A stretch of 64,000 bases of DNA, taken from positions 74,586,001 through 74,650,000 of the forward strand of contig NC_043005.1 of the NCBI RefSeq assembly GCF_006345805.1, given 5' to 3'. Below the pieces are notes generated by a model, which made no database searches, had not been told where the DNA came from, and worked only from the letters and a program-made list of their open reading frames with translations. The first letter of the stretch is position 1. Each line of letters opens with the position of its first letter. Below are positions 13,149-25,857 of the stretch, one piece after another. The position numbers were made by a program, and so were the translations under genes. This DNA is from Octopus sinensis (lineage: Eukaryota).

Positions 13149-13327
13149 CTGGGGAAAATAAACAATTAATCAGTTAGTTATTTAATTAAAAACAGAAATT
13201 ACTGAAATAAATCAAATATATATATATAACATTATAGGGAGAGTTTACGAAAAAAAACAAAAGACGAAGACAGGTAGTGTACAAAACAAACAGATGTATT
13301 AGTATAACGCTCAGGAATAGAAAAAGT

Positions 13328-13364
13328 CCTTTACGTTTCGAGCCTACGCTCTTCTACAGAAAGA
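13328..13364 (-). ncRNA. Hammerhead-like motif with variant core CUGUAGA
   Basis: ucuuu-CUGUAGA-A-gagc(guag)gcuc-GAA-ACGU-A-aagga. A second copy at 18785-18822 has CUGUUGA. Confidence 0.5.
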
Positions 13365-14787
13365 GACACAGAAAACAAGGAGAGAAAGAAGGAGAGAAAA
13401 AAATGTGTGTAGTGGCTAACGATCTATCATGGCATCTGTATATAACATTATACATCAGTAAACAATGAACTAATGTAGAAGACACAACATAGTCCCTTCA
13501 ACTGGTAGAAATAGCAGCTAAACCTCATTTAGAAGTTACATGGCAAAATAGTTTAAGATGTGTACTGTCAATTTACAGATAATGAGAAATGCAAACCAAT
13601 TATAGATGTTAAGTTATAGTCTTAGATATAATACTTCATTCTACATTTACATTGTATCACCTTATTACCAGGTTTCGTTAGTGAACTTTCTTGGAGAAAA
13701 TCACCTGATCATTTATATATATAAGAATATTAATGGATATTCCAAAAAGAACAGTAACATAGTGTAAACATTATAAACCAGATATAGTTGTATGGGACAA
13801 GTATCAAAAGTTGTGTGCCATTGTAGAAAATCAGTCGCCCAGAAAATGTGAACTTCTTAAAAAACTGAGGGAAGGAGAACATTTATAGAGAACTGATGAG
13901 AAGTCTAAAGCTCATATATCCAGGCTATAGATCTTAATTTGTTCCAGTTGTCCTAGATGCAGTGAACTAATGTTATATTGCAATCATGAAGACCCAGAAA
14001 CTGAAGTAGAGGGACCCAAAATAGATTAAATTAGAAAATAATATCTATTTCCTAAATAACAGTGTAAACAAATAACTATGTAAATTATAATACAGGAATA
14101 TAGATGGAATAAAAAAGTTACTAAACAGGATGGTGATGTAAGTATAAGCTTGAATGGCAGTTATAATACAAATAATGTAATATAATAATATTAATTTCAA
14201 ATTTTGGCACAAGGCCAGCAATTTCACAAGAGTAGATAAGTCAATTACAACCCCAGGGTTCAACTAGTTCTGATTTTATCAACTCCAAAATGATAAAAAA
14301 CAAAGTCAGCCTCAGCAGAATTGGAACACAGAATGTAACAAGTCAGAAGAAATGCTACGAAGCTTTTTGTCCAGCATGCTAACAATTTTTCCAGCTCACT
14401 GCCTTAAGTAAAGTTGACCATGGCAAAATTTGAACTCAGAACGTAAAGCCAAAATATGTGCCACAAAGCATAATAATGATTTTTACCAGCTTGCTGCCTT
14501 CATGTAATATAATACTATTGCAATAATGATATTCTGCCATGTGATATGATAATATTGCAATAATAATATTTTGCCAACTTGTTGCCTTCATGTAATATAG
14601 TAATATTGCAATACAAACGATGTAATAACTTTCTACACAAAATTAAGCCTGAAATGGGATTATAATGTTTGTGATATTTCGAGGGGGCAATACAATGTAG
14701 ATTGCTAAGATAACTACGATGTGATATGATAGTGTTGAAGTGATAAAATGGTGTTGAATGAGAGGATAAGCTTAATGAGAAGTTAAT

Positions 14788-14922
14788 GTTGAATGAGAAA
14801 ATAGTGTTGAATGAGAAGATATTGTTGAATAAGAAGATAGTGTTGAATAAGAAGATAGTGTTGAATAAGAAGATAGTGTTGTATGAGAAGATAGTGTTGA
14901 ATAAGAAGATAATGTTGAATGA
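14788..14922. repeat. 18-bp minisatellite (TTGAATAAGAAGATAGTG), about 7-8 units
   Basis: Read directly from the sequence. Confidence 0.9.
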
Positions 14923-15443
14923 ATGTGTTAATATTTCGTTTTTGGATTTGGTTTGCAAGATTTTTTATATGAGTTCGTGTGTTGAAGTATATTCTGTTGT
15001 GTTTGGGGAGAGTCATTTTCTTTTTGTGCCTTATAATGTAACACACTCACCGGTAAAATTTCCTTCTTATTTTTATTTTCCTAAATAGTCAAGACTATTG
15101 AAAAGGTTGCAAGATGCAACGAAAATTTTAGGAAAATAAAAATAAGAAAAATGTGGAAATTTTACCGGTGAGTGTGTTACATTATAAGGCTCAAAAAGAA
15201 AATGACTCTCCCCAGACACAACAGAATGTGTTAATGTTATCATACTAAAAGACAATAAAATACATATGATACTGTCAGTGATATCATGATATAGAGATTT
15301 AAAATGAAAAATATGATAAAACAAAAGTAAAAAATATACTGAATAAGATAACTGGGGAAAGATATATACAAGTCAGGGTTATATATTGGGCACAATTCTA
15401 TCTAATATTTTCCTGCCAAATGAAAGATTCATATGATACTAAC

Positions 15444-15585
15444 CATCGATTCCTTTCACAACTGTATAGTTGGCAATTTCACTAAGTTCCAAATCTCCGA
15501 CTTGATGTGGAAGTGAGATGATTGAGCCATTGCTGTAAACTTTACCGTCCGGTCGCACACTGATCATTGTGTCAAAATTAGTAAT
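15444..15585 (-). CDS. Exon 10 (VWD middle)
   Basis: 142 nt, phase 0-1, cttgttatag/gttagt. Encodes ITNFDTMISVRPDGKVYSNGSIISLPHQVGDLELSEIANYTVVKGID. Confidence 0.88.
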
Positions 15586-15960
15586 CTATAACAAGCAAAC
15601 AATTTAATTAACCAGGTGAGAGAATTTATGAACAAACATTTTCTTCATTATTATGTCTTGGGAGGGTCATTGTGTCAATAATAACACATGCACAATATCA
15701 CTTCTTCATTGTTAGTGGATTGGTTAAAAATCTAACCAACTAACTGATTGATCGTTTGTTTAATGTGCTGATGAAACAATCAATAGGTTGATTGTTAGTC
15801 AATGTTCTTCCATCACTGGTCATGACCTCAGTGACTTCTCTGATTTTCTTTATTACATAAAGTATAAGCATATACTGGCACCAGCCTACATATTGTGTAT
15901 GCTGTTTGTGGTTAGTTAATTACAATGTCAGTAATGAAAAGTTTTGATCATGACTATATG

Positions 15961-16722
15961 GTTAAGAGAGAGTAAGAGAGTAAGAGAGATCAAAATAGAG
16001 AGAGAGAGAGAGAGAGAGAAAGAAAGAAAGAGAGAGAAAGAGAGCAAGAGAAAGCAAGAGAACAAGAGAGAGAGAGCAAGAGAAATAGAAAGAGCAAGAG
16101 AGAGTGAGAGAGTAAGAGAGAGCAAAAGAGCGAAAGAGAGCAAGAGAGAAAGAAAGAGAGCAAGAGAGAAAGAAAGAGAGTGAGAGAGAGCAAGAGAGAG
16201 AGAACAAGAGAGAGAGAGAGCAAGAGAAAGAGAGCAAGAGAAAGCAAGAGCAAGAGAAAGAGAGCAAGAGAAAGCAAGAGCAAGAGAAGAGAAAGAGAGC
16301 AAGAGAAAGCAAGAGCAAAAGAGCGAGAGAGAGCAAGAGAAAGAGAATGCAAAAGATAGAGAGAAATAGAGCAAAAGAGAGAGAGAGAAAGAGAGTAAGA
16401 GAGTGAGCGAGCACAAAAGGGAGGGCAAGAAAGAGCAAGAGAGAGAGAGAGCAATAAAGAGAGAAAGAGAGCAAGAGAGTGAGAGAGAGCAAAAGAGAGA
16501 GCAAGAGAGATAGAGAAAGCAAGAGAAAGAAAGAGAGAGAGTAAGAGAGAGAGAGAAAGCAAAAGAGCAAGAGAAAGCAAAAGAACGAGAGAGAGAGAGA
16601 GAGAGAGCAAGAGAAAGAGAAAGAGAGCAAGAGAAAGTGAGAGCAGGAGAGAGAGAGAGAGAGCAAGAGAAAGAAAGAAAGATAGAGAGAAAGAGAGAGC
16701 AAAAGAGACAGAGAGAGAGAGA
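15961..16722. repeat. Purine-rich (GA/GAGCAA) compound satellite of about 760 bp
   Basis: Read directly. It starts about 15 nt inside the intron after exon 9. Confidence 0.95.
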
Positions 16723-16736
16723 ATATAAAGACTCAC

Positions 16737-16948
16737 TTTCAGTTCAACATGGCAATGTCGACCTGGTTCACAGTTGTATGTATGATTGATGTGTACCCGA
16801 AAACTTGGCTCAGAATTTTGACATTCTTGGAAAAGCGTGTAAGTTCCTTTACCAGGGAAATAGTAGTATACATTATCGAAAGTGACAATATGTCGATCAC
16901 CCCAGGAGGTACACATAGAGTAACCTTCAGCATCAAATATTGATTCAA
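16737..16948 (-). CDS. Exon 9 (VWD domain start)
   Basis: 212 nt, phase 1-0, cctattgcag/gtgagt. Encodes ESIFDAEGYSMCTSWGDRHIVTFDNVYYYFPGKGTYTLFQECQNSEPSFRVHINHTYNCEPGRHCHVELK, a typical VWD CxxWGDxHxxTFD start. Confidence 0.93.
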
Positions 16949-18121
16949 CTGCAATAGGAAAATATTTTTAGCAATATCAAATTAAATAAACTGTGGCTTT
17001 TTTCATATTTTATAATTAATTATTGTAGGGAGTGAGATTTTTATACTATTTTTGGACCCTACTGGACTGGGATAAAAAATATAACTGATTGTTATGATGC
17101 TCTGTTTGATGTATTGAAAGAGTTCTTCAGCATGTGTTTGTAGATTTCTGATGCATTGCATAACAGGAGCTTCTTGAACACTGTTTTGAAGTACATTATG
17201 TATATGTGTGTGTGTGTGTGTAATCGCGTGTGGACATGAGGGTGTGTGTATATGGATATATGCTGTGCTTGAGAAGACTCGGAAAGCTCAAGTGTGACCA
17301 TAACCTTGTGGCCTATGCCAGGAGTGTAACCAGCCCACTTATGCGTACCTTTCTTTCACTGGACACTAAACTCTGCTTGCGAATACCTGTTGAGACAAGT
17401 GAAATCGAAATCAAATTCGATGTCTGGCATCTGTGCTAGTGGAACGCTAAGATTACCATACAAGTGTGATCGTTGCCAGAGCACGTAAAAAGCACCATTT
17501 GATTGTGATCATTACCTGCGTCACCTTACTGGCACTTGTGCTGGTAGCACATGAAAAAGCATTCAAGTGAGGTCATTGCCAGTGCTGCTGGACTGGCTCC
17601 TGTGCAGGTGGCACATAAAAAGCACCATTTGAGCATTGCCATTGCCAGTACTGCCTGACTGGCCCTCAGATACTTTCCACTTAAAATGAGATGCAAAGGA
17701 GCCATGTCAACATAGGCGGAGGATGTCACTGATTGTGTCAGACACAGCATAAACCAAAGTTCAAAAGGATCAGCTCTACAGTGAAAACTATAAAGAAGCA
17801 ACAGGAGTACATAATAACCAAGAAAGGTTGATGGACTCAAAACTTGAAGAAACAAATCTATTCCAAGAATGTACCATGGATCACTGGGACTGACAGTAAT
17901 GTCATGGTGCTTGGTTCAGGCCAAGCCTCTGTGAAGATAGGAAATGGATCAGGGTTATATGAGCATCTTGGACAGTCTTGCTCAGAAATGGGCTGAAAGG
18001 AAACTATCCCTAATACATTGGGTAGAGGTGACAGACAAATATATGACCCCCCACCATTATTTATTACTGATTGTCATTTCTTGCCCAGTTCTTTTCATTT
18101 TATCAGATGAGTCCTTTCCAT

Positions 18122-18211
18122 TTCTACTACTACTACTACTACTACTACTAAGTAGTAGTAGTAGTAGTAGGAGGAGGAGGAGGAGGAGGAGAGGCGACGC
18201 AGCAGCAGCAG
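18122..18211. repeat. Compound triplet microsatellite (TAC)n(AGT)n(AGG)n(AGC)n
   Basis: Read directly from the sequence. Confidence 0.95.
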
Positions 18212-18237
18212 AAGGAGTTTAGAAATTTGAGACTTAC

Positions 18238-18285
18238 ATTCACCAGGCTTGGCTTTTGATGTTTGGTTTTGCAACATTATGTTAT
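18238..18285 (-). CDS. Exon 8 (48-nt linker between EGF array and VWD)
   Basis: Strong acceptor atttctttcag and donor gtaagt, phase 1-1, open frame NIMLQNQTSKAKPGE. The frame is kept whether the exon is included or skipped. Confidence 0.7.
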
Positions 18286-18480
18286 CTGAAAGAAATTTCA
18301 AAAAGATACATAATTAAAGTTATGAAATATATATGTATACGTTTATGTATTTGTTTTGCAAGATTCCTGATATGAAACCATGTGTTGAAACAAATATTGT
18401 TATATTTCAAGATGACCATTTTTTTTCCTCCTTGTCAAATAAGCACACGCACAATATTCTTCATTTCAGATTTATTACAT

Positions 18481-18535
<55 letters not shown>

Positions 18536-18651
18536 GAGTGGTTGGTGTTTTTCTACCTGGCCAGCTCTTGTCAACCATCCTACCTATGCATGCCTGGAAG
18601 ATGGACATTAAACAATGATGATGATGATGATGTGAGCCAAACAGAACAGAT

Positions 18652-18688
<37 letters not shown>

Positions 18689-19425
18689 CAGGAAGGTTTA
18701 CGAAAATAAACAAAAGACGAAGGCAGGTGGAGTACAAACAAATAAATGTATTAGTATGGTGCTCAGGAATAGAAATAGAACAAGTCTTTTACGTTTCAAG
18801 CCTACGCTCTTCAACAGAAAGATACACAGAAAAAAACAAGGAGAGAAACAAGGAGAGAAAAAAAATGCATGTAGGAGCTAACGATCTATCATACATATGA
18901 TACATACATGTGACAGTGTGTATGTGTCTTTTATATCTTTTACTTGTTTCAGTTATCAGACTGTGGCCATGCTGGGGCACAGCCTTGAAAGTTAGTCAAA
19001 TGAAACAACCCTAATACTTATTTCTTAAAGCCTGGTCAAACCAATATGCTAGTTGTCAAATGGTGGGGTGACAAAGACAGACACGAAGGAACACACACTC
19101 ACAAAGGCGTCTTCCAGTTTCTGTCTATCAAATCCACTCACAAGGATTTGGTCAGCCTGAGGTTATAGTAGAAGGCACTTGCCCAAGGTGCCACAAAGAG
19201 GTTCTGAACCCAGAAGAATGTGGTTGAGAAGCAAACTTCTTGCCACACATATATATTTATTGAGGTGATGGAGGTTTCCCTGATTTTTTAATTTGCTTCA
19301 TATTTTCATATTCAATATATTATTACTACTCTAATATTCAAAAACTAAATATTACTGAATTTTGGAAAGCTACCTAAGAAAAATAACTGATGATTGTTTT
19401 TCACACTGCTGATGTTTTTCAAAGT

Positions 19426-19462
<37 letters not shown>

Positions 19463-19757
19463 ACACAGACACACACAAACACACATAGAGAGGGAGAGAA
19501 AGAGAGACATATATATAAATATATATATATATAATCCTCATCATCATCATCGTTTAACGTCTGCTTTCCATGCTAGCATGGGTTGGACGATTTGACTGAG
19601 GTCTGGCGAACCAGATAGCTGCACCAGTCTCCAATCTTGATCTGGCAGAGTTTCTACAGCTGGGTGCTCTTCCTAACGCCAACCACTCCGAGAGTGTAGT
19701 GGGTGATATATATATATATATATATATAGAATATAGATATACACACACACGCACAGT

Positions 19758-19788
<31 letters not shown>

Positions 19789-20281
19789 GCACATACACAC
19801 ATCTGTGTGTGCGTGTATACATGTACATGTGTGATTGTGTGAGCATGAAATCTATACAATAAAAGTTACAGTGATATTAAAATTTATTAAAGATATCTGA
19901 TACTTAATACAAAGAGAAAACATTAAAGGAAAAACTAAAGTACAGATATATAAATCTCACTCAGATATTTAATATAGCTATTTACATACATATATATACA
20001 CACACACATATTTCTTGTTTCAGATTATTATATCATAATACTGATATCATAATACTGATTTTTATTTTATTTCAATATTAATTTCTTCCTAATCCATGCT
20101 TACAATGACAAGAAAGTCAAGATTAATTAAGTTCTAAAAACAAAGATTTATTTGAACAATACCAACACTGGTTTGGACAAATAAAACGACCTTAACACAG
20201 TTAATCACCCTGCTAGAAATAGAAGCTAAATCTCCCTCAAAAAAGATTACAATACATCGGATAATGTAATCCCTGGATACA

Positions 20282-20516
20282 CTCTTTTACTTGTTTCAGT
20301 CATTTGACTGTGGCTATGCTGGAGCACTGCCTTTAGTCAAGCAAATCGACTCCAGGACTTATTCTTTGTAAGCCTAGTACTTATTCTATTGATCTCTTTT
20401 GCCGAACTGCTAAGTTAAAGGGATATAAACACACCAGCATCGGTTGTCAAGTGATGTTGGGGAAACAAACACAGACACACAAACACACACACTCACACAC
20501 ACACACACATATATAT

Positions 20517-20557
<41 letters not shown>

Positions 20558-20715
20558 ACAGGCTTCTTTCAGTTTCTGTCTACCAAATCCACTCACAAGG
20601 CTTTGGTCAGCCTGAGGCTATAGTAGTAGACACTTGCCCAAAGTGCCACGCAGTGGGACTGAACCCAGAACCATGTGGTTCATAAGCAAGCTACTTACCA
20701 TACAGCCACTCCTGC
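20282..20715 (-). mobile_element. Major SINE copy (CpG-decayed)
   Basis: Same consensus, with many CG->TG/CA changes. Confidence 0.85.
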
Positions 20716-21823
20716 TGAAAAAATAAGGAGAAATATCTTTGACCATAAGTCAGCTAGACCAGAACTGGCCAAGGAGATAAAACAACCATAGAACTAACAA
20801 AGGCCACACTATATAGTTACACAGCCTGCGAAAAACAGAAAGCAAATCTTCAACAACACAAACTCTACAAGAAGAACATTGAAGATTATATAGTCTTTTA
20901 TACACTAAATCTGAATAAAATGTGCTATGTTCATGGTAGATACGGCTGCTCTGTCAGAAGCGATGTGAAGCTTAACAACATCAACAGTTTTACATGGCAG
21001 TGGTGGTGGTGATGATGATGATGATGATGGAGTGTGGTGAATTAAATGAACATAAACTGTTTTATTGACCATAAGAATAACATCCACAAGATTTGAAATT
21101 AAACGGGCATACTGAATAATTATTTTTCATAGAGGGACACAGTGTCAAATGTTAGGGAACAGAAAAGTCAATTATATGAACTTCTCACTACAAGACAAAT
21201 GCTTTATTTTATTAAGCCCCAGAAGGCTAAAACCCAAAGTTTGCCTCAACACAATTTGCAATCAGAATATAAAGAGTGGAACATGTACTACAAGGCTATC
21301 AGTTCATTGACCTGCCTGCCATGTGTTATAACAAAGGAAGATACATGATTTGATTCCTGATTTTAAATTTATTTCTATAATTATGAAATCAGTAGATGCT
21401 TCTTAAATTCTGTTAGATTTTTGAAAACTATCTTTAATCAACTAATTGGTTTCAAACAATTTTTAAAAATATAGTTTCCACTGTTTACGTCTCCATATAA
21501 TTTCTCAAAAACATAAAACTGATTAAAAACTTAGCATTAAAAACAATATTCTCTTTCAAATTTGATCCAAGACCACAAAAGTAAATGTTTAAGTGCTTAT
21601 TTATATATACACACACACATATATATAAGGCGGGGGATCAGAATTAAAAACATAAACAGGTAAAACAACAAAAGTCAAAAGAACATACACAGTGAATATA
21701 TTAGATTGATGTTCAGAGAAAGTTGTTTAGGATGGAAAAAAGAAGAGATGTAACATTTCGAGCATGGCTCTTTGTCAGGAACAGGAAAGAAGAAAAAGTC
21801 CAGAGAGAAGCAGTTATACTTAC

Positions 21824-21919
21824 TGATAGCACAGGTAGCTCCAGTGAAACCAGGTGGGCAAGTACATTGGTTTGGTGCGAAACATGTACCACCATTTAAG
21901 CATGGCACATCACAGACAG
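21824..21919 (-). CDS. Exon 7 (EGF-like 5)
   Basis: 96 nt, phase 1-1, cactctctag/gtaagt. Encodes [31 protein letters not shown]. Confidence 0.93.
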
Positions 21920-23566
21920 CTAGAGAGTGAAAAAGACAAAAAAATCATTAATTTTTTTCTTCATTCATGCATGCATGCATGCCTAGAAACATACATACAT
22001 ACATACAGGTGTTCCTCTTTCATTTGCCATATACCTAACGATCACTGTGACAGTGACTGTGCTTTACCAGTAAGCTACCAGGTGTAAACCATTTGTTTTA
22101 TTATCCATTTACATATATATTGGACCAACAGCCTGATTACTAACTTCCACTTTGAAGAGTATGCATTTGCAATCCAGGAACAGGAAATATCAACCTGATG
22201 TACAAAAGGGATAGAGATGCAGGAAAAGCCATAAAATGTGACAACCGATACAGACTTTGTGGAGTTCACACTGAAGATATCACCACACACAACAGATATC
22301 TCATACCAAACCTGCACTGGTCCCATGAATAGACACCACAAAAATAACCACCAAAAAGTCATACCAATCTTAACCCCTTCAACAACACTAACACACAGTC
22401 ATCACACATGTCAAAAACCCAATATCATACCCCATTCACCATAAGCTAGAATCCTCGAGCTCACTACAAATGCTACATCTCACTATTACTGAGAATCTTA
22501 TCTTGCAAATACATAATCCCAAGATTAGCAAAGACTCCATTACTAAGACAGGCCTTCATCTCAAAGGTTAGAAACCTACTTCTAAATCTCAACAACTACT
22601 AAATCCAACTACTAAATCTCTACAAAATGCTGATGGAACCTACAATAGTATTCTGCTTCTCTCACTGCCCAAACAGGTATCTAAGGCCACAGCTAAAATA
22701 ATGACCATCAGATTGATTTGGCATGAAGCCACACCCTAACATATTTCAACCTTTGGTCCACAAACGTATAGTCACCTCTTTCAACCCTTTCTGTCACTAC
22801 TGCAGTTTCTGCTTTTCCTTGGAGCTGGATAGTCTTAAGTAACCACTAGCCAGACATTCTTAACTCACTCAACTTCTTTCATGTATCCTTCAACAAGGTT
22901 CCACTTATGACTGGTCCTTTCTATCCAGAGCAATGGTCTAATGGTCTGTGGAATTACTTCTCTGCCCATGTTTATCCTGTAGCTATCAACTTGCAGCTAT
23001 TCAAGAGGAACATTAATTTTGCAGTTGAAGAAGACCTGCAAAGATCATGGGCACAAGCCCTCCCTTTAGACCAGAGTGATAAAGAAAAAGACTCATATCT
23101 TATCTATTGTTTTTTTTTTATACAGATGGCATTTGAGTTAACTGTTCTTTGAATCATATTTCCACACACTAACTGATGCACGATTTCAAACAACTACTAA
23201 ACCCTTTAGCATTTAACCAGCCATATCTGGCCAAAATATTCTACTTGTTTTACATTCAAACTGGCCAGATTTTGCCTTTCACACCTGCCCTACAAAGTCA
23301 TTCTAAAAAGATACAGTCACATCATCGAAATCACAAAGCTACAAGATAATGCATGATAAATTCAAAACAATATGAATAAATAAGTATTACATTTGATAAA
23401 GTAATCTGAATGCAAAAGGGTTAATGAGTCTTTCATCCCTACTTTCACAATTGCATTGAAGACTATACTTCCCTGATGAGGTTAGACTAGAACGGAAATA
23501 TGTCCAGAGTTATATCTTGTGCCTACTGGTAAATGATGTGATAATATTAATCAATAACTGCATAAT

Positions 23567-24482
23567 TATGTTTACTTATGTGAAGTATATTTGCCACTTA
23601 AATGTGGCTAACCACTAAGGGTGGATGCTACTGTAGCTTGTAGCTCCAGGAGAACATCTCCAGCTGGCTATTGACACACTTTATGTGCCCTATCAGTATT
23701 TGCAAAAGGAAGCCATCCTTCCCATCGTCGACCTGACGTGATACGTATGGATCCAGGTTTCTGGGTATTTACCCGTCGTCAGCGCACGACAATCACCGGT
23801 CTTTGATGCGAAGGGGTCCCAATGCAAATACATATATCCTTTTTCCAGTGACGAAAAGTCACTGATCTCGAAAAAGTGTAAACAAGCAATAATAAATCTC
23901 TGAACAAGGTATAAACAGTAGCTGCACAACAATGTGAAGTATATTTGCCAAGACTGATAGGGCACAGAAAGTGTATCAATAGCCAGCTGGAGAAGATGTC
24001 CTCCTGGGGCTACAAGCTATAGTAGCATCCACCCTTACGGGTTAGCCACATTTAAGTGGCAAATATACTTCACAATGTCGTGCAGCTACTGCTTATACCT
24101 CGCTCAGAGATTTATTATTGCTGGTTTACATTTTTTCAATATCAGTGACTTTTTGTCACTGGAAAAAGGATATATATTTGCAAAGGGAACCTACTTTTCA
24201 TCGAAACTCATGATTATCACATGCTGATGACGAGTCAATATCCAGAAACTCGAGTCCGTGTGTATGATAGGTTGAAGACAGAAAGGATGGCTGCCCTTTG
24301 CAAATACTGATAGGACACAGAAAGTGTGTCAATAGCCAGCTGGAGAAGATGTTCTGGGGCTACAAGCTACAGTAGCATCCACTCTAAGTGGTTAGCCACA
24401 TTTAAGTGGCAAATATACTTCATATTGTCGTGCAGCTACTGTTTATATCTCGTTCCAAGATTTATTATTGTATGTTTACTTA
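23567..24482. mobile_element. Penelope-like non-autonomous insertion (inverted plus partial tandem units)
   Basis: A unit of about 370 bp at 23580-23950 is followed by inverted, partly tandem copies to 24470. Carries hammerhead motifs and is flanked by tatgtttactta at both ends. Confidence 0.65.
24218..24262 (+). ncRNA. Type I hammerhead motif (stem II decayed)
   Basis: Stem I cacatg/cgtgtg, CUGAUGA, GAA, palindromic ACUCGAGU, C17 (GUC). The inverted sister copy at 23744-23788 has an intact stem II gggta/taccc. Confidence 0.65.
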
Positions 24483-25761
24483 GTTTTTAATGCACTCTAC
24501 ATTAGTTATGTTCATGCACACTTAACTATTGTTTAGATTAGCTTTTCAAACTATTCTATAGATCTGGAGTCAGCAGTATAAAACCCTAAGAGGCACTGAA
24601 TAATCATGAGGCAATATCATCCATGTCAAGATCTACACAACTGTGTTTGCAAATAGAAACTTTGACAAGATTATTGAGCTAAAGCACTATGAAGGCCTCA
24701 TCACTCTATACATTTACATCATGGTTCTAATCCATGAAGTGATGCAGTCATTTTACTTTGTATACTGCAAAGTAACCACAATTTAAAAATTAGATTTGAT
24801 GGAGAGCTTGCACCAGTCAATTTGGATCCTGAATGTATGGCTTTAGCTGAATGTCAGAAGTAGATTGCCTGAAGCTTTCCTGGTATTACTACACGCATAT
24901 ATCTAAGCAAGCAGATGTTTGGCTGAACCTCTTAATATGTATACATGAACAGTAAGTGATGGTAGAGTTGCTGAGAATTCTGAATTTTTTATCTATATGT
25001 GTCCTTTCTGTATCTGAGCTCTGTATTTCTTAAGGAAACAAGTGACAACAAAAGCAAAGGATTTCTAAAGAATTTGGACGAATAAGAAAAGAATGTTATG
25101 TTTACAAAACTAAGATTAATTCAAGAATAACACAACAGCATTAACAACCTCATGCATATCTTTATCGGGCTTACATTTTCCTTTTCCATGCTAGTGTCAC
25201 CAAATTTCTTATACTCTGAACACCAATGTACTCAAAACACCAGCATATCTTGTCCTGGTTGTGTTGATGCACTTAATGGTGCTTTATAAACTTTAAACCA
25301 TAACATCCAAAATTCACAATCCTTCATCTCCACTCAAAGATTTCCACCAAATAAAAGATCGATAACCCTTTAGCATTTAAACTGATCATATCAGGCCCAT
25401 ATATTCTACACATTTTAAGTTCAAACTGGCCAGACTCAACCTCTCACACCTACCCTATAATGTCACTCTAAAAATATACAATCACATCATTGAAAACTTA
25501 AAGCTATGAGATAATGTATGATTCAAACTAATTAGAATAATTAAGAATAATGTTTGACTAAGTAATCTAAATGTTAAAGGGTTAAAAGTATGGGTAATTG
25601 AATCTATTAAGTCTGGAAAATAGCCATTATCAAAGAACATAACATTTAAAGAAGGATTTATCTCAATATATTTGTCTGTGACTCCACTAAGCTATTGAGA
25701 AATTAATGTGTTTTAATAATTGAAAAGTCACATATTTCAGAAAGAGTAAAAAAATACTCAC

Positions 25762-25857
25762 GGCGTTGACAAAATTCTCCTGTAAAACCATACCGACAAG
25801 TACATTGGCCATACTGATTACAACTGCCTCCATTCATACATTCTCCACCGCAATCCT
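25762..25857 (-). CDS. Exon 6 (EGF-like 4)
   Basis: 96 nt, phase 1-1, ctgtttcag/gtgagt. Encodes DCGGECMNGGSCNQYGQCTCRYGFTGEFCQR. Confidence 0.92.

Noticed and set aside
14788-14922. Regular short repeats as a possible CRISPR array
   Set aside because: The units are contiguous with no unique spacers, and the context is eukaryotic. This is a minisatellite.
15990-16916. 308-aa ORF (and overlapping L/S-rich ORFs at 15928-16702)
   Set aside because: Only the first 60 or so residues are real (exon 9). The rest is read-through of the gtgagt donor into the GA satellite.
23474-23505. ctgatgaggttagactagaacggaaat hammerhead-like string
   Set aside because: Stem II does not pair and there is no second copy to support it, so it is too degenerate to call.
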